From Myxococcota bacterium (GTDB lineage: Bacteria > Myxococcota_A > UBA9042 > PHBI01 > JAWLBL01), in NCBI GenBank assembly GCA_041687695.1, contig JAWLBL010000018.1:1-64000 (forward strand): DNA of 64,000 nt, read 5' to 3'. Shown here one piece after another: positions 57,580-64,000 of the stretch. The notes beneath the pieces were generated by a model that was not told the origin of the DNA, searched no databases, and worked only from the letters and a program-made list of their open reading frames with translations. The position numbers were made by a program, and so were the translations under genes. Position 1 is the stretch's first letter, and each line of letters starts with the position of its first letter.

Positions 57580-58965
57580 ATGGCGAATCGTCTGGCCGCC
57601 CTGGCCGCGTGCCTCGGCCTGGTCCTCTCGGCCTCCCCTGCCCTGGCCACCCAGGCTCGCATCGACTCGATGGGCGGCAGCTCGCGGTACATCACCGTCG
57701 AGGACGAGACGAACATCTTCTTCTTCCCGTCCCTGCTGGTCCGCTACGGCAACCTGGCCCTGGTGGACAACCTGAACGGGAACTCACTCGTCATCCCGGG
57801 CCTGAACACGCGCTTCGGCTTCCACTACATGATGGGCGAGGAGACCGTCCTCGCCATCTACGGTGGCCGCGTGAACGCGACCGGGCGCCCGGGCACGGAC
57901 TTCCGCTCGCGCTTCCTCGCCTCCGAGAACCCCTTCATCGGCGGCTCGTCGCTGGGCGTGGGCTTCACGGCCAGCCAGGCGGGCGGCGCCGGCGGCGGCA
58001 CCACCGAGGGCATGGCCGCCCAGGTCCCGACCGCCGCGTCGGACGCCATCGGCAACACCGATCTGAAGATGGGCCTCATCTTCGCCACCAAGTTCGGCCC
58101 GACCACCCGCTTCGGCGCCATGCTGAACATCATGGGTGACGACGCTGACGTCGAGCAGCCCTCCAACACCAACCAGACCGACCAGGGCGCGCTCCTCATC
58201 GACGCCGCCGTGGGCCTCGGCCTGGATCTGGTCGGCAGCGAGCTCGAGCTGACCCTGGGCTTCCAGTACGGCACCGTCGACGACTACCGCGACGCGGTGG
58301 TCGCCGCGACCGGCCAGTTCAACGATCTCGTCCAGCACTGGTCGGGCGAGCACATGGGCGTGCGCCTCGGCGGCCGCTGGGTCATCGAGATGACCGAGCG
58401 CCAGCGCCTGGTCCCCTACGCGACCCTGAACTACGGCACCCAGGACGTCCGCCACAACAACCTGCCCATCGGCGTGCAGCAGAACGGCTCGTGGAACGCC
58501 GTCGACTTCCAGGTCGGCGCCGACCTCCGCATGGAGCTGTTCGACGACGTGTTCGTCGTCCCGGGCCTGGGCATCCGCTACGCCCAGCACACCCTCGAGG
58601 GCGCCGGCAACGTCGACGACGACGTGGATCGCCTGGTCTCCTTCCCGTTCTACGGGATGGGCATCGACGTGAAGGTGTGGGAGTGGATGGACTTCCGCTT
58701 CGGCGCCAACCAGTTCGTCAACTTCCTGCGCCACTCGTCGACCACCTCGCCGCAGCCGGGCATCTCGATCACCAACGAGGACCGCGCCTCCGAGGTGCTG
58801 ACGACCGTGCACACGGGCCTCGGCTTCCACTTCCCGATCGCCGAGTCGGTCCTGAGCCTGGACATCAACGTCAACCCGACGTTCTGGCTCAACGGCCCCG
58901 ACTTCATCACCGGCAACGCCACGAACCCCTTCGGGCTCAACGCGGCCGTGAAGTACGACTGGTAG
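57580..58965 (+). CDS. Outer-membrane beta-barrel (porin-like) protein
   Basis: AGGAG RBS; signal peptide ending ALA; amphipathic strands; C-terminal VKYDW beta-signal. Confidence 0.85.
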   Translation: MANRLAALAACLGLVLSASPALATQARIDSMGGSSRYITVEDETNIFFFPSLLVRYGNLALVDNLNGNSLVIPGLNTRFGFHYMMGEETVLAIYGGRVNATGRPGTDFRSRFLASENPFIGGSSLGVGFTASQAGGAGGGTTEGMAAQVPTAASDAIGNTDLKMGLIFATKFGPTTRFGAMLNIMGDDADVEQPSNTNQTDQGALLIDAAVGLGLDLVGSELELTLGFQYGTVDDYRDAVVAATGQFNDLVQHWSGEHMGVRLGGRWVIEMTERQRLVPYATLNYGTQDVRHNNLPIGVQQNGSWNAVDFQVGADLRMELFDDVFVVPGLGIRYAQHTLEGAGNVDDDVDRLVSFPFYGMGIDVKVWEWMDFRFGANQFVNFLRHSSTTSPQPGISITNEDRASEVLTTVHTGLGFHFPIAESVLSLDINVNPTFWLNGPDFITGNATNPFGLNAAVKYDW

Positions 58966-58988
58966 TCGGTCCCTGGTCCTCGTGACCT

Positions 58989-59025
58989 GCGAAGGCCCGG
59001 TGGGAACCCCCCGCCGGGCCTTCGC
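58989..59025. terminator. Intrinsic terminator between convergent genes
   Basis: Stem GCGAAGGCCCGG/CCGGGCCTTCGC followed by GCTTT. Confidence 0.75.
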
Positions 59026-59049
59026 GCTTTCGAAGGTCCGCCCGAGCCG

Positions 59050-61452
59050 CTACTCGGGCACCCACAGCAGCTCGAGGCGCGTGACCTCGACTCTGGAGCG
59101 GTCGACGTGGACCGGCGCCAGACGGCAGGCCGCCAGCAGATCGACGGCGGTCAGCTCGAGCTCGGCCGCCTCGCGCTGCACCTCGCCCAGCGAGGCGTCG
59201 CGCATCTGCTTGGTCTGCCGGTACTTTTCGAGCTGCAGGCGCGCGCCGTCCCGGGCGCGGTCCAGGCGCGGCCCGGTCACCCCCTGCGCGGCCAGGGCCT
59301 CGAGCTCTCGCTTGGCCATGGCCAGCCCCTCCTGGTGCTCGGCCAGCCGGCGGTCCCACAGCGCGGCCTCGTGGGTCAGCCGCTCGCCCGCCGCGTGGCG
59401 GGTGCGCTCGCCCATGACGCGCAGCTCGTCGACCAGACTCGCTCGAAAGGCGTCCAGCGTCTGGCCCAGCTCGCCGTAACGGCCGCCGCCCTTCCACCTG
59501 GCGCAGTAGGGCACCATCAGCGGGGAGGCCAGCAGGCCGTCGGCGAAGCGCTGGCGCAGGACCAGCGGGGCGCCCTCGGGGCCCGAGAGCCACGGCGGCA
59601 GCGGGTCGAGCAGGGCGCCGTCCGGCGCGGCCTGGGTGACGAGGCGGTCGTCCAGCGTCAGCGGCGCGGACCAGACCAGGGCCTGCGGGCGGTCGGCCAG
59701 CGGGGCCAGGCGGGTGACCGTCAGGGTCTGGCGCGGGTGGTCGGCCGGGCGCCAGCGCACCTGCGCGGTGGCGAGCAGCGCCGGGTGGTACAGCGGCGCG
59801 CGCGGGTCGGTCAGCGAGACGACGGGCAGCTGGACGGCGTGGCGGATCGCGGGGTCGTCCAGCGCCTCGGGGAGGAGGAAGCGCTGCGGCAGCGTGGTGG
59901 CGCTGGTGCGGCGCGGCTCGGGCGTCGAAGCCAGCGGCGCCGGCCGGCGGGTCGGCGGGTGGAGCTGGACCTGCGGGGCGGCGGAGGGCGAAGGCGAGCC
60001 GGAACGGTTGGGTGCGGCCTCGGGCGCCTGCTCGGCCAGGATGGGCTCGGGCGCCTGGGAGAGGTTGTAGAAGCCGGCCTGCCGCAGCCGGCCCAGCTCG
60101 GCGCGGGTCAGCGGACCGCGCAGGTAGCTCATCGCGAAGCGGCTGCGGAAGACCTGGGGCCGGTCCAGCCAGCCGGCGTGCAGCAGGAACTGGCGGCGCT
60201 CGAGGCCGGCCAGCAGGCGGCCCAACGAGGCTCGGTCGGCGTTCGGCGCTCCGGTCGCCTCGGCGGTGACCAGGCCGTCCAGGATGCGGTCGCGGTCCTG
60301 GTCGGTCTGCAGCTTGCCGACCAGCCAGGTGCCGGCGTTGGACAGGGCCTTGTAGTCCAGATCCACGGGGTTCTGGGTGGCCAACACGACGCCCAGGCCG
60401 GCGGCGCGGGCCTGCTTGAGCAGGGTCAGCAGGGGCTGCTTGGACGAGGGGTTGCGGGGGTGCGGCGGCAGGAATCCGAAGACCTCGTCGAAGTAGAGCA
60501 GCGCGCGCAGGTCGCCCGAGCCGGGCTGGCGGCGCATCCAGGCGACCAGGCGCTCGAGCAGCAGGGTGACGAAGCTCATGCGCTCGGCGTCGCCGAGGTG
60601 GGCCAGGTGGAAGACCGAGGTGCGGGCGGCGCCGGCCTCGCGGGCCAGCAGGCGGTCGAGGTCGAGCGGGGCGCCCTCGCGCCAGGGGGCGAAGGACGGG
60701 CTGGCCAGCAGGGTGTTGAGGCGGGTCGCCAGCTGCACGCGGGCGCGCTCGGGGAAGAAGGTGTCGAGCTCGAGGGCGCCCAGGCGGGTGAAGGGCGGGC
60801 GCTCGAGGCCGCGGACCAGATCGGCGAGGGTGGCGCCCTGCCCTCGCTGCCAGTGGTGGGTGACCAGGTTGGACAGCAGGATGTGCTCGCGGGACTGCAG
60901 CGGGTCCGCGTCGACGCCGACCAGCTCGAGCAGGGCCGAGACGACGCCGGAGACCTGCTCGGCCCGGTCTTCGGCGCCGAGGTCGGCCCAGCCGGCGGGC
61001 GGGTCGAAGCGGTCGAGCAGCTTGACCGGGACCGAGGCCGACGAGCCGGGGGTGTAGACGGTGATGGCGGCGCGCTCGCGGAGCTGGCGGATCTCGTCCG
61101 GGCCGAGGCCAGAGGCGGCGAGGCCCTCGCGCCAGCGGGTCGCGACCGACTCGCCGTCTTCCGGGGCGTCGGGCGGCAGCCACTCGGCGAAGCGCTCGGC
61201 GGGGAGGTCGGGCCAGGACAGGGCCAGGTTGGCGAGGTCACCCTTGGGATCGATGGCCAGGACCGGGACGCCGGCGCGGGCGGCCTCTTCGAGCAGGGTC
61301 ACGCACAGGCCGGTCTTGCCGCTGCCCGTCATGCCCAGGCAGACGGCGTGGGTGGTGAGGGTGCGGGGGTCGACCTGCAGCCGCGCGGGGGCGGCCTCGG
61401 GCGCGGCGGGGTCGAGGCCAGGGGCTTGGAGGGTGCCGAGATACATGCTCAT
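59050..61452 (-). CDS. HerA/FtsK-superfamily P-loop ATPase (DUF87/DUF853-like)
   Basis: HAVCLGMTGSGKT, IDPKGD, LYFDE, KQAR, LATQNP. Confidence 0.88.
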   Translation of the reverse strand: MSMYLGTLQAPGLDPAAPEAAPARLQVDPRTLTTHAVCLGMTGSGKTGLCVTLLEEAARAGVPVLAIDPKGDLANLALSWPDLPAERFAEWLPPDAPEDGESVATRWREGLAASGLGPDEIRQLRERAAITVYTPGSSASVPVKLLDRFDPPAGWADLGAEDRAEQVSGVVSALLELVGVDADPLQSREHILLSNLVTHHWQRGQGATLADLVRGLERPPFTRLGALELDTFFPERARVQLATRLNTLLASPSFAPWREGAPLDLDRLLAREAGAARTSVFHLAHLGDAERMSFVTLLLERLVAWMRRQPGSGDLRALLYFDEVFGFLPPHPRNPSSKQPLLTLLKQARAAGLGVVLATQNPVDLDYKALSNAGTWLVGKLQTDQDRDRILDGLVTAEATGAPNADRASLGRLLAGLERRQFLLHAGWLDRPQVFRSRFAMSYLRGPLTRAELGRLRQAGFYNLSQAPEPILAEQAPEAAPNRSGSPSPSAAPQVQLHPPTRRPAPLASTPEPRRTSATTLPQRFLLPEALDDPAIRHAVQLPVVSLTDPRAPLYHPALLATAQVRWRPADHPRQTLTVTRLAPLADRPQALVWSAPLTLDDRLVTQAAPDGALLDPLPPWLSGPEGAPLVLRQRFADGLLASPLMVPYCARWKGGGRYGELGQTLDAFRASLVDELRVMGERTRHAAGERLTHEAALWDRRLAEHQEGLAMAKRELEALAAQGVTGPRLDRARDGARLQLEKYRQTKQMRDASLGEVQREAAELELTAVDLLAACRLAPVHVDRSRVEVTRLELLWVPE

Positions 61453-61615
61453 GGCCGAGCATGCTGACAGAGGCGCGGTGCGATGCAAGCGGGGTGCGTC
61501 GGAGCGCGGGGACCCGTGGTTTGACTCGCCGGTGTGCGATCCGGAACATGCTTGCTTTTCAGGGATTGGTCTGAAAGAACCGAACGCCGATCCCCCACGC
61601 ATCGAGGTGACGAGC

Positions 61616-63625
61616 ATGCAGCGACCGCGCTGGGCAGCGCCCACCGGCAAGGCTATCGTGGTGGGGCTGACGTTGGCGATCTGGGCGCTGGGAAGCGGCT
61701 GCACCGACGGACCTACCGGGACGCCGAAGGACGACGCGAGCGACGCCGACCCGGTGGACGGCGACGTCAGCAAGCCGGAGCTCGAGCCGGGGCAGATCTG
61801 CTATCAGGGCGAGGTCAAGGCCTGCATCGTCGAGGGCGGCAAGGCCGCGATGATCTGCAACGCGTCGGGCACGGCCTTCGTGCAGGGCGACTGCAAAGGC
61901 CCGGACGGGCGCGAGGCGCTGTGCAAGGACGGCGCCTGCACGACCTGCTTCCCGGGCACCAAGAAGTGCCTGGACGAGGAGACGGTCGCGCAGTGCTCGG
62001 CCGACGGCAGCGCCTGGGAGCCGCTCATCCAGTGCCAGGGCGGCACCAGCGGCCAGGTGTGCACCGAGCGCCTCGGCCCGGCGGTCTGCGAGACGCTGTG
62101 CGCCATCAACGTGAAGTTCAACAGCTACATCGGCTGCGACTACTGGGCGGTCGATCTGGACAACGCCTTCGTCCCAGGCGGCAACGAGACCGGCTACTAC
62201 GACGCCGCGGGCGCGCAGTACGCCATCGTCATCGCGGTGCCGCCCGACTCGCCCCTGCCCTCGTTCGTCGACATCTACCAGATGGAGGGCGGCGAGCAGC
62301 AGAAGGTCGTCTGGGACTCGAACGGCGACCCGCTGCCGACGACCCCGCTGCAGCCGGGCGAGCTGCGCGTCTTCAAGATGCCCAAGCGCGACGTGAACGG
62401 GACCACCCAGGCCCCGCTCGCCTACCGCGTCGTCGCCTCGGCCCCCATCATCGCCTACCAGTTCAACCCGCTCGAGAACGCCAACGTCTTCTCGAACGAC
62501 GCCAGCCTGCTCCTGCCGGCCACGCTGCTGGGCCGCGACTACATCGTGATGACGCGCGAGCAGACCTTCGACACGCTGCGCGGCTTCATCACCGTCGTCG
62601 GCACCGACCCGCAGCCGACCGAGGTCTTCGTCGACTTCACGGCCGACACGCTGACCGGGACCATCTATCCCGGCACGGCGCGGCAGGCCCCCATCCCGCC
62701 CTACAAGCCGGGTGGCAGCGCCAAGTTCGTCCTCGAGCAGTTCGACGTCCTGAACATCGAGACCAACCGCCCCGGCGCCGACCTCACCGGCACCATCATC
62801 CGCGCCAACCGGCGCGTCGCGGTCTTCGGCGGGTCCGAGGCGTCGAACGCGCCGAACACCGCCGCCTGCGTCGACATCGACCCGGTGACCAGCAAGGGCG
62901 TGTGCGCCTGGGACCGCAAGACCAGCTGCAAGTCGGTCAGCGACTGCGTCTCGGCGGGCTTCAACACCTGCTGCGCCGACCACCTCGAGCAGCAGATGTT
63001 CCCGGTCAGCACCTGGGGCAAGACCTACGTCGCCACCAAGAGCTGGGACCGCAACATGGAGTCGGACGTCTGGCGCATCATGGCGGCCGAGGACAACACC
63101 AAGGTGTTCGTCGTCCCCCCGCAGCCGGGCATCAGCGTGCCCGTCCTGAACCGCGGCGAGTGGTACGAGTTCGAGAGCCGCCAGCACTTCGAGGTCCACG
63201 CCGACAAGCCCATCCTGGTCGGGCAGTTCCTGGCTGCGCAGGACGCGCCCGAGCCCAACGTCGGCGGCATCCCGCAGGCGGGCGACGCGGGCACGGGCGA
63301 CCCGGCCTTCATGCTGGCCATCCCCATCGAGCAGTACCGCTTCGACTTCGTCGTGCTGACGCCGGCCGAGTACGAGTTCAACTACATCAACGTCGTCGCG
63401 CCGACGGGATCGGTGGTCGAGGTCAACGGCGAGGAGATCCCCGCCGGCTACTTCGAGGTCATCGGCTCGGGCGACTACAGCGTCTACCGGCAGCAGGTCC
63501 CGCCGGGGGCGCACACCATCACGTCCAGCGAGCCGGCGGGCGTCATCGTCTACGGCTACGACCAGTACGTCTCGTACGGGTACACGGGCGGCCTGGATCT
63601 GGTCGAGATCAACAAGACATTCTGA
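61616..63625 (+). CDS. Cys-rich lipoprotein with IgGFc-binding-like domain
   Basis: Lipobox GSGC; GCDYWAVDLDN, AYQFNPL, SNDASLLLP, DHLEQQMFP, GDPA, VSYGYTGG. Confidence 0.88.
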   Translation: MQRPRWAAPTGKAIVVGLTLAIWALGSGCTDGPTGTPKDDASDADPVDGDVSKPELEPGQICYQGEVKACIVEGGKAAMICNASGTAFVQGDCKGPDGREALCKDGACTTCFPGTKKCLDEETVAQCSADGSAWEPLIQCQGGTSGQVCTERLGPAVCETLCAINVKFNSYIGCDYWAVDLDNAFVPGGNETGYYDAAGAQYAIVIAVPPDSPLPSFVDIYQMEGGEQQKVVWDSNGDPLPTTPLQPGELRVFKMPKRDVNGTTQAPLAYRVVASAPIIAYQFNPLENANVFSNDASLLLPATLLGRDYIVMTREQTFDTLRGFITVVGTDPQPTEVFVDFTADTLTGTIYPGTARQAPIPPYKPGGSAKFVLEQFDVLNIETNRPGADLTGTIIRANRRVAVFGGSEASNAPNTAACVDIDPVTSKGVCAWDRKTSCKSVSDCVSAGFNTCCADHLEQQMFPVSTWGKTYVATKSWDRNMESDVWRIMAAEDNTKVFVVPPQPGISVPVLNRGEWYEFESRQHFEVHADKPILVGQFLAAQDAPEPNVGGIPQAGDAGTGDPAFMLAIPIEQYRFDFVVLTPAEYEFNYINVVAPTGSVVEVNGEEIPAGYFEVIGSGDYSVYRQQVPPGAHTITSSEPAGVIVYGYDQYVSYGYTGGLDLVEINKTF

Positions 63626-63692
63626 GGGCGATCCGGGACCCCGGCCGGCGCGTGGGGGCGTCGGCCGGCGGCGGGGCGCGTGGGAGGGAGCG

Positions 63693-64000
63693 ATGGAGCG
63701 CTGGCGCACGGGGTGGGGACGTTGGCTGGCGTGTGCGCTCGTCCTGGCGGCGTGCTCGGACGCCGACTCGGGCGCGACCGGGTCCAAGGGCGACGACGTC
63801 GCGGTGGGCGATGACGCGACCAGCGGCGACGACGCGGCGGCGACGCCGGAGGCCGGCGGTGACGCGGGCGCCGAGGACTCGGGGCCGGTCAAGGTCGACG
63901 TGCCGGTCGTCACGACGCTGACGCTCACGTCGGTGCAGCCCGACACGGGCCGCGCCACCGGCCTCGAGCAGGTCGAGCTGGTCGGGACGGGGTTCAACGA
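63693..64000 (+). CDS. Lipoprotein with IPT/TIG-like domain (partial, runs off the window)
   Basis: Lipobox LAAC; TLTSVQPDTG...VELVGTGF. Confidence 0.75.
   Translation, partial: MERWRTGWGRWLACALVLAACSDADSGATGSKGDDVAVGDDATSGDDAAATPEAGGDAGAEDSGPVKVDVPVVTTLTLTSVQPDTGRATGLEQVELVGTGFN

Noticed and set aside
61541..61556. Possible sigma54 promoter before the IgGFc-like gene
   Set aside because: GG-to-GC spacing is 9 rather than 10 nt.

Overview
Very GC-rich bacterial chromosome segment, most likely Myxococcota (Cys-rich MYXO-CTERM-like and IgGFc-binding surface proteins; deltaproteobacterial-type gene order). It spans the probable replication origin: recF-dnaN-[oriC]-dnaA <> rpmH-rnpA-yidD-yidC-jag. 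Housekeeping clusters are xerC-hslVU-argD, rng-tex, rpoN-hpf-rapZ-ptsH-ptsI, gcvPB, murA-proB and ftsEX-envC. The first ~8.5 kb is accessory: an IS630 end, a truncated ORF with two paralogous lipoproteins, an AbrB-Doc deletion fusion and higBA. The most unusual signal is non-coding. One REP-like hairpin (GCCGGC-TGGAA-GCCGGC-G-G/A-TCCCAG) forms arrays at three convergent gene junctions, and its loop is the insertion site of two unrelated non-autonomous elements. One is a 325-bp TGT...ACA element with a GAAGC duplication. The other is a ~172-bp GAGGGTGTCG...CGACACCCTC element with a TGGAA duplication. Each carries its own inverted hairpin cargo. No rRNA, tRNA or CRISPR-Cas was recognised. All calls come from reading the sequence; no database searches were run.
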